Positions 49,911 through 62,865 of a DNA stretch of 64,000 bases are shown one piece after another. The notes beneath the pieces are model-generated. The model made no database searches and was not told the DNA's origin. It saw nothing but the letters and a program-made list of their open reading frames with translations. The position numbers were made by a program, and so were the translations under genes. How positions within the stretch are numbered: the first letter of the stretch is position 1; every line of letters begins with the position of its first letter. This DNA is from Hydrolagus colliei (lineage: Eukaryota). The stretch spans positions 7,812,001-7,876,000 of the forward strand of contig CM068764.1 in the NCBI GenBank assembly GCA_035084275.1, in the 5' to 3' direction.

Positions 49911-51644
49911 TGAAAAAGGAACCAGATTCCAAGGCTACACAATCTCCAAAAGTAAGGCAAAACAGACCTCTCTGGCTGAAACTAAAAGGAACTTTGAACC
50001 TTCGGCCTACCAGCAATTCTGCTGGAACCACATCCTAGACTCCTATAATGACTTTCGCGCTTTACAGCTGATTTTGACCGCGATTTCCACTTCATTCGGG
50101 TGGTGGTGGTGAAAGACCTGGCCTCGATGTAAATATTCACTTCGCTCATCGAGCGGTTCTCGAGCCCTACCCGCCACTTAATTCAAGCATTACTTTGAGC
50201 GCTGCTGGCTTTACTATCGCCATGCCAACAGGGAGAATAACCACCAACGCTTAAAAGAGCACCTTTCACCGCACGCAGGTTTGATGCGGCTGTCGGGAGA
50301 AATAACTACCATAGATTAGCCAATACGTGGCTGTAAATCCCTGCGTTAAAGATATTGGTTAAAATCATCAGACAGTGGAGTCTGCGAAAGCTTAGTCCTG
50401 CAAACCAGCCCCATCCCTCAAGACGAATTGATGTGTGCAAAGAAGAGTGTTTCAGAGAGTGAGATGAAAGCAAGTGTCTAAATTATTTATAACTCTGCTG
50501 CTGATCAAGCTTCACCACATGGCTACAGCAATTGGGGGGGTGGGGGGGGGGAGGCTGAATTCATTCCCAGAGTGGCAGAATTGGGGCGCTGTGTGGAGTG
50601 GCAGAGGGCAGGGAAGCGGCGATGCAGCAACGCGGTAAAGAGACAGAGATAAATAGCTGGACCGCTGGACTGCTCCATCAGCACAAAGCACTCGATACAA
50701 CAGCGATAGCGCAACGCGGGAAGCCGCGGATGGCAAGAAGAGCTGCGTTATATTAAGCTCGCAGCAGGAAAGGTCAACACAGCAGAGGTGCAAAGGGAAA
50801 GAGTAATGGATTTGTTTGCTTGGGATGAAACGTATTAACCCTTACCACACCACTGTGCTGTTTTTCAGTTCGGGCGAGGCTGGGGATGCGGGCGAGATAG
50901 CAAGTTACCCCCCCCCCCACCCCACCTCTCTCCCCCGGGCACGCTCCCATGTTTGACATTGCGAGATCATGCTGACAAGATGGTTCTTCTACTCTGTGAA
51001 TTTCCATGGGTTTGACTCTTAGCACACACAGCGCTGAGTAAATTATTATACTCTCTCTTTATATTTTTTTAAATCACCCAGGCTAGAGAGACCACACTTC
51101 AGTAAACTGCCACTAAAACATGCTGCAAATGGAGCTTATATGGATTATTTAAACAGCTTGCAGTCTACATCGCTCTTTCCTAAATACCGGCTACTGTTGA
51201 GCTGTGAACTCACTCCCTGTAAAAAGAAAACCCAGAATAAAAAGCTTAATACACCTGGGCTGTGCATTGTTCACATTGTCAGTGGAGAAAGGGTGTACAC
51301 AGACCGTTTCAACTCTAATACCGTAGATCAGCAGAACTGCCATGTTTGAGAAACCACCATCCCAATTGATCCAGCGCGAGATAAAAGGTCTGGAAACTGG
51401 ACTGGAAAGGATTCACTGTTCGACTCCCGGCTTTAACTGGCCTGTTGCCACTGGGTGTGTTTTTCCAGCTCTCAGGCAAGCTCCGCTATATCTAGATGGA
51501 GGCTGGATGGTTGCAACTATTCGAACCTTTAGCTCTAAGTGCTCGGAGACTCTACCCTGCGTGGAGGGCGCTAGTTGTTGCGCCCTCTTGCCGTTTAACA
51601 ACGGCAAGTCCAGTGAGTCCTACCTCTGAGATTCAAGTCTTCCC

Positions 51645-51985
51645 GAAAAAATTGGTCATTGTCAATCCACGACTGTTTGTGGGGGACGCTCCTGTGCGGA
51701 ATTGGCTGCCCCGTTTCGCCCACAAATATACAGTCAATTCGCTTTACAGTACATTCTGTGAAGCGCTTTGAGGCGTCGATAAAGATGTGAAAAGCGCTAT
51801 ATCCTTGCATTTGATATTCACATTATATCGACGTCTCAAATTATTGTGTTTTTGTGGAGTGATTATTATTAGGCGTGCGCGCATGTGTGTGTGTATGGAG
51901 TAAGGAAACTTGCCAGAGGTTTCGCCCTGATCTGCCTGGATTCGAACACAGGTCTAAGGCAAATGCTCTAACCACTGAGCTACAC
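51645..51985. mobile_element. Tail-to-tail pair of SINE copies
   Basis: Plus 3' half (51645-51801) abuts a minus copy (51802-51985) lacking its central body. Confidence 0.8.
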
Positions 51986-52404
51986 CAGCACGGACATCGG
52001 CAGGAACCTGGTGGAGAAGCAGGAGGAAGGATAGATTGCAAACGTTACCGTTGGTCAACGATTGAACCTTTTCGCATTCACCAGCCGGAGGCAGGGGACA
52101 GGCAAGTACTGGAGAGGGTCTTCGCTCGCACAGGCAATCTTCGGAGAGATCACCGAGGGGAAGATGGCTGTTCTGTATTCCAGCAGCAGCGACCCAAGTG
52201 GGAGCTGTGAGGAGGGGGGACATCAAATTAACCGGGAAAGAAATAAGGCCGAGCGTCTCAAAGCAGCCATCCTGTAACAATTAAAAACAAAGTCTCGTGT
52301 GACGTGAGTTAAATAGGATGGTATACACGGCGGGAAATGTACAGAGTAACTGGTATCAGATCGACCTGCGAGACTGAAATAGGTGACATTTTACCGGAAT
52401 TTTT

Positions 52405-52728
52405 ATAATAATAATTATGCTTGCATTTTGATATAGCAGCCTTTCACATCTTATCGACATCTCAAGGCGTTTTCACAGAATATACTGTAAAGTGAATTGA
52501 TTGTATATTTGTGGGCGAAACGCGGCAGCCAATTGCGCACATCAGCGACCCCACAAACAGTCGTGGATTGAAATGACCAATTTTATTACTGTGGTTTTTC
52601 TGTGGGATTATTATTAGGCGTGTGGAGTAAGGAAACATGCCCAAGGTTTCGCCCTGATCTGCCTGGATTCGAACACAGGTCTCGCGCTTATAAGGCGAGC
52701 GCTCTAACCACTGAGCTACAGGAGCTCC
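52405..52728 (-). mobile_element. Main tRNA-SINE, full length
   Basis: Family match. Confidence 0.92.
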
Positions 52729-53446
52729 ACATTCTATCAGGAGATCAGCAATTCATACAGAAATCGCACCCCAGGTTAGACTGCTCTGTGTACTGCTTCA
52801 TTAAAAAAAAAGGCTGCACTTTTCTCAGACCTTGGGATCCATGGCTATTTGGGTTGAAGTGCGCAGGATTTATTTGAGTTTGAGACACTCAACATACCAT
52901 GTTCCCTCTTTTTTTAAACATAAAAAAAATCCTCAATGAAGATAAATAGCCTGACAGAACTCACACAGTTAAAACGCGTTTGACTTCCCCAAGAAAGTCT
53001 GATGAAACCGCCCGGCCTTATAAATTATGGAGAGCTCGATTCTCTCTGGCTGCTTCCCTACATGTAGTCAGAGGCTCCATTTTGTCATTCAGCAGGAGCT
53101 ATTTCAGGTCTCGCTTTCATCATGAAATTCACTTTCATCATAAATTAAACATTTGTGTTATGGGCTTTTGTCTTTGCGAGATGTTAAAAGGCAACTGGGA
53201 GGGCGGAGGGGGAATTAATCAACGCATGCATTATTCACAGCGCCCAAATTTTGTTTGCAGTACACAGAGGAGCAACTAGTGCGGTTTTGAAAAATACACA
53301 CAGTTGTGAACAGTTGTGGGAAATGGAATCAGAGGAGGGGGATTTTCTGCGAGATTGCCACTAAATTATCAGCAAATTTAGGCTGAGGCAGGCAACTGGC
53401 ATTTAGAAAGATGATCTCCCACAATATGTTAGTACTCTACTACAGT

Positions 53447-53800
53447 GGAGCTCCTGTAGCTCAGTGGTTAGAGCCACTCGCCTTACAAGCGTGAGACCTG
53501 TGTACGAATCCAGGCAGGTCAGGGCGAAACCTTGGGCAAGTTTCCTTATTCAACACGCCTAATAATAAGCCCTAAAAAAACCCCACTATAATAAAATTGG
53601 TCATTTTCAATCCACGACTGTTGTGGGGAGTGGCCTGCTGTGCGCAATTGGCTGTGATGTTTTGCCCACAAATATGCGGTCAATTCACTTTACAGTATGT
53701 TCCGTGAAGCAGGAGACGTCTTGAGACGTCTCAAGAATCTTCTTGAGACGTCCAGAAGATATGAAAAGCGCTACATCAAATTCAAGGATTATTATTATTA
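53447..53800 (+). mobile_element. Main tRNA-SINE, full length with local palindromic duplication
   Basis: Family match; extra GAGACGTC units at 53711-53752. Confidence 0.92.
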
Positions 53801-54302
53801 CGTTCGTGAAAAGATCGAGGAGCCTGAGGAGCTTTTGTTGGCTCGAACATCAGGATTTTTCCACCAGCCCTGGTTTGTTACAACACAACGTAGTGAGGAG
53901 AACCCTTTACCACATTGGCGAGATGATTCGCAGCGTCTTGACAGGATCTGCCAGTGAAATGTAGTGACTGCCTGTTTACAGGCCAACGCGGCAGCCAATT
54001 TGCGTACGGCTATAACTTATCTTCAAGAAATACGGTTCAAAATAAGATGTAGGTTGATTTCTCTCGGGATTCCAGGGCGGTTTTCAGGGAATGAGTTACA
54101 GTGAATGCACTAGACATTGCTGTTACAGTTCCATCACAAGTTAAACATGATTGAGAAAGCAGAACAATTACGACTTTTCTTTTAAGAAAATACTGTAGTG
54201 AGTTATGCTTTTTGTAGTACAAAATTCTAATCTAATCACTACAATCCCCTAACGGAGAAATACGGAAGCCTAAAGCTTAGATAATATAGTTTTTTTCACT
54301 TA

Positions 54303-54785
54303 ATACTAATAATAATCCTTGCATTTGATGTAATGCTTTTCACGTCTTCTAGATGTCCCAAAGCGCTTCACAGAATATACTGTATAAGTGAATTGACTGT
54401 ATATCTGTGGGCTTAAAATTAGATTTTTACTGCTTTTTTTTTACAGTTTAAGGCAATAACAGTATTGAGCTTAAACACTTCAATCCAGGGAGGCAGAATT
54501 TCACTGAACTGAAGCCATCCACAAAATATTCAGTAAATTTCCCTTACAGTATATTCTGTGAAGCGCTTTGTAATGTCTTGCGGATGTGATAATAATAATC
54601 ATAATAATCCTTGCATTTTGATATAACGCTTTTCATGTCTTCTAGACGTCTCAAAGCGCTTCACAGAATGTACTATCAAGTGAATTGACTGTGTATTTGT
54701 GGGGTGAAATGTAGTAGCCAATTGCGTACAGTGTCCCCCAAACAGTTGTGGATTGAAATGACCAATTTATTATTGGCGTTTTTTT
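54303..54785. mobile_element. Three SINE 3' fragments (-,+,-)
   Basis: Tails at about 54303-54412 (-), 54518-54590 (+), 54590-54785 (-). Confidence 0.8.
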
Positions 54786-55805
54786 GGCTACCACCCCTTG
54801 GCAAGCCAGCCCATCTCCCATTGCCAACTGACACCAAGGCTGAGGTATGAGAGCTGCAGCTCCGTGAATTGTCGCATTGACAAATTGGTGCACGTCAAGG
54901 CTGAATCTATGAAGAGCTCGCCTGTCTGACCATCAGAACAAAAGTCAGCAAAGATTCAGAGGAGGATAGCTCAAGGCAACCAATTAACATATTCTGCAAG
55001 AGGTTTATTGCAGCGCCACTAATAAGAAATGTAAAAAACCCATTTGTCAAATATATTGCCCCCTTTTTATCTGTGGCCATTGATGCACAACCACTAACGC
55101 ACGCAGGCCTCAGAGTATATTGCAAAGATCACTGTCAGAATCATGCTCTGTCCTCAGAACCACTCGGGGGGAAAAAAGAGCCAAATTTTATAACTAAACC
55201 ATATTTAGGCTGCTTTGCAACTGAGCCCTCTGAATGAATTGTGTTTCTCTTAAAATGACACCTCAGTATGTTGAGGTGTCCATCAAATTTCCTTAACCCT
55301 CCCTTACTGTATCCCGAACTGCAGAGGGAGATTTGACACTGTTCAATTGGTGTACACATTCTCATAGTTCATCCATAATAATGAATGTAATTTGAAAGGT
55401 ACCCCCATTAAACACACACACATACACACACAGACACACACACACACTCTTCTTTTTCAGTGGAATCATAGGCTTTAAGAATAGGAGCAGATTCATTCAG
55501 GATTAATGTAGCCTCCACGAAATCTCAATTGCAAGTCTCTGTGACAAGGTTTAATCCCTAACACATCCCTGAACACATCCCTACATGGAAATGAAATTAG
55601 GTTGATGCCATCAATGACACTTGTGGTGGGGGAGAGAGGTGGGTGGGGAGGGGGAGGAGAGGTTAGTAAATGAAAGGCCCAAGCCTTGTCCAGATCAGGG
55701 AAAACCTGGGACTCGGCAATAAACTGATGAATGTTTGCCCCATCTCTCATGTCAATGCATGTAAAGTGCTCATCTAGAACTGTAACACATTTAGTGTGTG
55801 TAATA

Positions 55806-56003
55806 CAGCAAAGCCCGTTTATCCGGCACCCTGGGGACCTGGCCAATGCCGGTTAAAGTCCGTGCCAGGTATTCGGCCGAAAAAGCAAAAAACAAAGCAT
55901 TTTTCCGGATAAATTCCGGTTAATCAAATGCGGACCTTATTTTGCAATGCCGGTTATACAGAAGTTATGGTGGATCGGGTGCCGGATAAACGGGCTTTTA
56001 CTG
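55806..56003. mobile_element. Tc1/mariner-superfamily (Tigger/pogo-like) MITE, 198 bp
   Basis: TIRs CAGCAAAGCCCGTTTATCCGGCACCC and reverse complement CAGTAAAAGCCCGTTTATCCGGCACCC; TA on both flanks (55804-55805, 56004-56005); no ORF. Confidence 0.88.
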
Positions 56004-56306
56004 TATATGCTGATGTTACCTCATCTGTAGCAGAGTGATTAACTGCATGCTGAGGATTACCTTACTCAGAGAGTCTGAAATTGATAGCTTCTTACAACCG
56101 CCGGGAAATAATTATTCGCACCACCGCCAGAACCTCTGTACCGATTCTATGAATTGTTTAATCTAGCTCTCTCTCTCCCCCCCACCGCTCCCCCTCTCCC
56201 TACATCCTCTTAAGGCATCCTCCCAAATGTGGAAGGCGTTGTATAAATCTAAACTGTATTGTTCTACCATAGATTTTGCCAGGGACGGAACCCAGAACGT
56301 AACAAC

Positions 56307-56633
56307 GGGCAGGTCAGGGCAAAACCTTGGGCAAGTTTCCTTACTCCACAGGCCTAATAATAATCCGTACAAAAAAAAACTATAATAAATTGGTCATTTC
56401 AATCCACGACTGTTTGTGGGGGACGCTGCTGTGCGCAATTGGCTGTTGCGTTTCACCCACAAATATACACTCAATTCACTTTACAGTGTATTCCGTGAAG
56501 CGCTTTGAGCACTTCACAACAACAACAAGAACAAAATTACATTGATAGATTGCCTTTCACGTCAAGAGGACATCCCAAGGCGCTGGAGGTCTAGAAGACG
56601 CTATGTCAAGTGCAAGGATTATTACTATTATTA
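56307..56633 (+). mobile_element. Main tRNA-SINE (headless) interrupted by an inverted L2-type tail
   Basis: Family body; foreign minus-strand tail at about 56511-56586. Confidence 0.8.
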
Positions 56634-57238
56634 TAAATCTACAATGCTCAGCAACCTGCTTCAGCAACGGTACCTTTGAGAAGTATTTTCCTCTCCTAAT
56701 TACAGCAAATAGCTGTGAGCAGTCCACAGTCGAGCAGGCTGTATGCCTTCGCCTCTCGCTGTCTTGGTGAACTTTAACTACTCTTTATAGACCTTATGTG
56801 GCTGGCTGTTAATTATGCTTTAACGAGAAAAAAAATTCATGTTTCAAAACAATTTCCTGTAACAGCTCAATGAAGACAACAAGTCAAAATATCCCAAGTG
56901 TGAGCTGACTGGAAACAGGAAGAGTACAAGGGCAAAGCAAGGGATATAATATAAGATGAACTATGGACAACACAATTGTGGGAGAAGGAGAGCCTGTCAT
57001 TAAATCAATCACATCTTCTGTTCGCTTTGCCATTTTCACTCCCCTACTACCCAACTATCAATCACCACCACAGCTTGTATTTGGTTAGTGCCCATCAAGC
57101 ACGATAGCATCTCAAAGAGCTTTGAATAGGGATAAGAGAGAGGTCTTTCAAAAACGTGCGGGAGAAATTGTTTGAGATCTGGTAAAATGTTCACACTCCC
57201 CGCCCACCCCCCGCCCACCATATACATTATTACAGTGT

Positions 57239-57512
57239 GGAGTCCTCGAGCTCAGTGGTTAGAGCACTCGCCTTACAAGCGGGAGAACTGGGTTCAATTC
57301 CAGGCAGGGTGAAACCTTGGGCAAGTCTAATAATAATCGCTCAAAAACAAGGTATAATAACTAGGCCATTTGTGCGCAATTGGCTGCCGCGTTTCGCCCA
57401 CATACATAATGCAGTCAATCCACTTTACAGGATATTCTGTGAAGCGCTTTGACACGTCCAGAAGATGTGAAAAGCGCCATATCAAATGCGCGGATTATGA
57501 TTATTATTATTA
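57239..57512 (+). mobile_element. Main tRNA-SINE with internal deletions
   Basis: Intact head and tail. Confidence 0.88.
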
Positions 57513-58641
57513 CTCCGCGGCTTTTCGACTGCGTTTATTTATTCAGTAAGTCGTGATTTGTTTGGACGGAGTTCAATTATGATCTCATCCGCTGACGATT
57601 TTCCTCACACCTTGTTTCAGGAAAATACAGCGGGAAGACGCCATGGCTTCAATCAAGCAAATTTACTCTGACAGACTATAGCTGACAGATTAATTCACCA
57701 GCTGTCCATCGGCAACACAACATACTGCCAGCTTGAAACCTTCTTTCAATTCACTGTGCTTTCCAACGCAGAATATCTATTGGAATGTCTGAGAAATCAA
57801 CAAGCAGCCTAGAATGAACTGGCGGAAAGGAGTGAACCCTGTCGTGCGCGAAGACAGAAAGACAAAAATATGTAGTGATGGGCTCCCATAGAGAATCACG
57901 AGGCTGTTCTTTGCTTACAATATTCAAGTCTTTAACTCGCTTGCTGGAATCCAGGAAGGTGGTTTTAACAGGAATGTTAAAACGTGGGTGCTCTCTGCCC
58001 ATGAAACATGTGAGTGGAGCCAAAAAAAAATGTCTGTTTGAGAAGGCAGACGACGAGATGAGGATTGTCAAATATAATAAATGACAAGGAATAACAGAAT
58101 AGATTGTGTTTTCAAAATATCTTCTTTTTGTGTAAAACAAAGTACACACACAAAATAAAAAATAAAAATTTCAAATCAAATCATTGATTTAATCAGTTTT
58201 GCTTGGGAGTGTTGACCGAAAGAGATCTGATAATTACGTGGGTGCTATGTTCGAGAAATATTTTCAATCAGAATAAATTTTTTCCTCTGGTCAAGTGAGC
58301 CAAATGAATGAATTATTTATATCCCAGTGTAGTGCCCGTAACTTAATAAGCATTTTAACCTGATTTTACATTGCCGGCAGTTTTAAAATTAGGTTAAGGG
58401 AAATCTGCTGTTTGAAACTCCAGTGGGATTAACCTTTACTCTGCTGAAGAGGAGACAAGCAATTTGAATTGCAGGATAAAAAGTGCATACAGCTATCAAG
58501 AAAGATTGGGCAGGATAGATCTTTTTGTCTCTGGAGATATGATTGAGGAGGGGCCCTGATCGAGGAGACTTCAGGCTACGAAAGGATTTTGATTTGATAA
58601 GGTGGATTTTGATGGACTTTTTACGCTTGTTGGCGAGTCCA

Positions 58642-58852
58642 ACCACAACAACAACAAAATTAGACTTGTATAGCGTCTTTCACGTCAGGAGGACGTCCCA
58701 AGGCGCTGGACAGTCATTGCTTCAGACCTGAGCTGGGTCAAAATATAAGGTCCACTGGCTCGCCCCCCCCCCACCCTCCCCGGGATCCGTTATGAGGAAG
58801 CGCTCTGAGACGCTGTCCTGTGTGGAGGGTGCTATATAAATCCAAGTTGCAA
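58642..58852. mobile_element. Two L2-type tails, divergent orientation
   Basis: Minus tail 58642-58720 and plus tail 58779-58852. Confidence 0.6.
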
Positions 58853-58990
58853 TAGTTATTGGAAGCTGTGGTTGAAGTAAATGGCACCAACGTATTCAAA
58901 GAGCAAACTTGTTGGATAAATGAAGGAGAGTGGAATAGAAGGGGAAGAGAAGCGTTGGCAAGAGTGTAAATAAGCAACAGCACAGTCTGA

Positions 58991-59130
58991 GTTCTGACCA
59001 AAGGACATTGACCTGAAAATGTTAACTCATTTTCCTCTCTCCATGGATGCTGCTTGACCTGCTGTGTGTTCCCATTGACTTCTGTGTTTATACCAAATTT
59101 CCAACATCTGCGCTTACTTTGCCTTTCTGT
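58991..59130 (+). mobile_element. Shark-type Penelope-associated repeat arm
   Basis: TTCTGACCAAAGGACATTGACCTGAAAATGTTAACTC...CCATGGATGCTGCTTGACCTGCTG...TTTCCAACATCTGC. Confidence 0.6.
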
Positions 59131-60827
59131 TGACCGGCACAGTCGGGTTGGCCTGTTTCAACGCCGTTTCGCTCTGTGTGATTCTAATGTACAGAAATAA
59201 CGTAGCAGGTGAATAGAATATCTATTGCCGGTCACACATGGACTGAAAAGAACCCATTCATACCAATTCTGCTTTCACAGAGAGAAAGAATCATACAATC
59301 CAGCTCTTGGAAATCAATTAAATCCAAAGTGTCCTGGCTACACACCAATGTATCATCCGTCTGATCTGGGAGTCACATTAACCGGCTTCTTAAACTCTCT
59401 CTGCTGCAAGGGCCATGTGTCCTCTAGGGGAGAAGGTATTACAACGTAGGTCAACTGGGATCAGCTCATTGTTTGACCCACTTGACGAGAAGATTACTCA
59501 TTGCAACAGTTACTGCCGTCACTCTCGACTGTGCTCCCTCGCACTGCTCACGAGTCGAAAATAGGCACGAGGAACATACAGCAGAAGAAAGCCAAGATGT
59601 CAGTCAGTCAGTCTTGCGGGCAGATTGTCTCCCTCTATTCTACAGCAGTTGAAACGTCACCTCTTTGACCTGACCAGAAGGAAGCATCAGACTGATGTGG
59701 TTACGCGGAGACAATTTATTTTCCGACTGGCGTGTATGAAAAGGGAGAGGTTGCTATTTGGTTTTACAGCGTGTGCGTTTCCAAAACCAGCTACAGTTGT
59801 AAATGAATGTATTTACTGCTGTACATCATTGTAACAAGGTTTGAGTCTGGCCAGCACACAAATTTAATGGAGATCTATGAAGAACTATGGGCCTGGCTGT
59901 TATGCATGTGAGCACGCACCCGTGCGTGTGTGTGTGTGTGTCCTTTCCGCTTCACCACCAATGGCCAAATAGTCTGACAACACCCACCATCGAATGAATA
60001 ATGATCGACTGAGCGAGCTGCGAGAACGCTCCTCGTGGGTGGAAGGGCGAAATACCTCAAGCACCCAATAATTCTTCACCTCAGTTCGTGTGTTTTTTTA
60101 ACCCGCAGTGGTAAGCAAAGCGGTTGATTTGATTGCGGAGTTCATCACCGATCGGAAAGCGGGTCGCCAATAAAAACACATGAATGTCAAGAGCTGCTCT
60201 CCTGGTGATGATCGTTAGTTTCTGCTGTGATTGTTAAACACACATCAATCACTGCTGCCGAGCCCAGCCCTCATTCAGCCCCTGTCAGCGCGATAAAGAC
60301 TTTATTAATAAAAAGACAATTTACTGACACAGGCTGACACTTTGAAGTAACGGCATTGTATGTCTGTACAAGTCACCATTTTGGTGCTGCTTAAAAAGGC
60401 GTAACCCGCATCAAACGGCTTTTGAGAATGAGAAAATTAACCGACTTTGCTTCCACCTCCACCACGTTCCCCCCACCTCCCCGCACGCCCCCCCCCCCCC
60501 ATCCACCCCCACCACTCCAGAAGAAATAAAATCCTCTACACGATTCTCAGGATAACTGAACTCAATTAAACTAATTAATTTTCTTCCGCCAGATGTTCAT
60601 TACTGCAGCAGAGGAGAAAGCCACGCAGCATAAAACCATTAGCAAAATAACACGAGCCACAGCAATGAGTGATCAGCTCTTCACCAAGTTATTCAACGTC
60701 CAGCAAACGCGGTAATGCTGCCTTGCCTTCAGCAATCAACCAACTGCTTCCCTTAATCCGGCTATATAGAAACGGACACTGTACTACACTGGTTACAGTG
60801 TCGTTACTATTGTGTGTATCTATATCT

Positions 60828-61161
60828 GGAGCTCCTGTGGCTTAGTGGTTGGAGCACTTGTCTTGCAAGCTGGGGAGACTTGTGTTCGAATCCAGGCAGG
60901 TCAGGGCGAAACCTTGGGCAAGTTTCCTTACTCCACACACGCGCCTAAAAATAATCCCTCCAAAAAAATCACGATAATAAAATTGGTCATTTCAACCCAC
61001 GACTGTTTGTGGGGGGGGACGCTGCTGTGCGCCATTGGCTGCCACGATTCGCCCACAAATATACAGTCAATTCACTTGACAGTATATTCTGTGAAACGCT
61101 TCGGGACATCGATAAGATGTGAAAAGCGCTATATCAAAATGCAAGGCTTATTATTATTATT
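60828..61161 (+). mobile_element. Main tRNA-SINE, full length
   Basis: Family match. Confidence 0.92.
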
Positions 61162-61275
61162 GTAGAGTAAGCTTTCTGAATGTTAAAAAAATTCCTGGTT
61201 TCCTTGAAAATACAATTGCCCTGAGTACAATCATCCACATTATGACACTTAACTGCCCAGATCTGGAATAGCCAC

Positions 61276-61350
61276 GTGCGCACACACACACGCACACACA
61301 CACACACACACACACTCACACACTCACACACACACACACACACTCACACA
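61276..61350. repeat. (CA)n microsatellite
   Basis: Directly visible. Confidence 0.95.
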
Positions 61351-61708
61351 TAGTCATACCAGCAAGATTTCAATAAAGAATAGATGGACACAGACAGGTA
61401 ACAGAGAGAGAGAGAGAGACAATGCTATTCCATTCCAGTCACAGAATTGCATGATTCCCACTTCAGGGTGAAATCCTGTGAAGCGCTTTGAAATATCGTG
61501 CCGACGTGAAAGACGCTGTAACGAATGCGAGGATTGTTCATCACAAAAAAACACAGCCACGCCACTTTGCACTACTGTACATGCCGTCACGCGCTCCGGG
61601 ATGTCTCAATGACAATGGCAAGCAGGCCGCTGTATCAAACGCAAGGATGATTATTTGCAACCAGCGGTGCTGTAATGAGAATTAAATATTTGGTAAAAAT
61701 GATTTCAG

Positions 61709-61717
61709 CGTGTGTGT

Positions 61718-61753
<36 letters not shown>

Positions 61754-61762
61754 AGTGTGTGC
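61709..61762. repeat. (TG)n microsatellite
   Basis: Directly visible. Confidence 0.95.
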
Positions 61763-62034
61763 GCAGACAGTGTGAACGCTTTCATCACTAGGGAAACAGA
61801 AAACGGTCGGGTGTTATCTGCCAACGCTAGTCGTGTAACAACATGTTAAGCTTCTCCGTTCTGTTCTCGAATTGCTGAAATGCTGACTTCCTCTGCTCCA
61901 GCTGTCTTTCCGTGAGTTTGTGCTAACCTGACAGTTTCCCACCTGTTCTCCCTCTCTTCTCCCCGAATGTACATCAGCATAGAGTTTCTTCCTTGCTAAT
62001 GTACCGTCACAGTATGCGGTGTGATCGTTCCATC

Positions 62035-62357
62035 ACTCGCCTTACACTCGTGAGACCCGCGTTCGAATCCAGGCAGGTCAGGGCGAAACCTTGGGCAAGT
62101 TTCCTTACTCCACACACACGGGTAATAATAATCCTTCCAAAAATCATAAAAATTATATAATTATATCACAATAATAAAAATTGGTCATTTCAATCCATGG
62201 CTGTTTGTGGGGTCCGCTGCTGTACGCAGTTGGCTGCCAGGTTTCGCCCGCAAATATTCAGTCAATTCACTCTACAGTATATTCTGTGAAGTGCTTTGAG
62301 GCGTCTTGAAGACGGGAAAAAACTCTATATCAAATTCAAGGATGACTACTATTATTT
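62035..62357 (+). mobile_element. Main tRNA-SINE, near full length
   Basis: Family match. Confidence 0.9.
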
Positions 62358-62865
62358 ACGGTAAAAAAACGCAGAGTTCAGCACAAAGCCTGAGCTGTAG
62401 GGTGGATTCAAGCAGTCCCGCCATATGTTGGAATGTCAACATATCCCAGCTGCTCGAAGGAAAAGAGGATGAAAGAGACCATTTTGTTTTCCTGGAGCAA
62501 AGCAGGCTTTCCATAATGTCACAATGAGTTGCCATCGCCGAATGCACGCAATGTTACAGTAATTTTCCACTGGATTACGCAACCAAAGGGATTTGGAAAC
62601 TAATGACAACTCCTCCCAATTAGCTTCTGAGGATCAGCACAGAAAGACACGGAGTCCCTGCTTTGTACGAAATTAAAGGTACAAGTTTTTCATTAAAAAA
62701 AACGTAATTACATTTGTATAGCGCCTTTCGTGTTGGGAGGACATCCCAAGGCGCTGATCGAGGGGAAAGGGACTTTGCTGGTCCTCGACCTTGAGTGTTT
62801 GCAACGTTTTCGTTTGTAAAACAAGAGTGTCACTTTCACAGTCGAGGCTGATACCGATTATATCC

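Noticed and set aside
53447-53522. tRNA-Val(TAC) genes at SINE heads
   Set aside because: No proper acceptor stem, no T-run terminator, and always fused to the SINE body.
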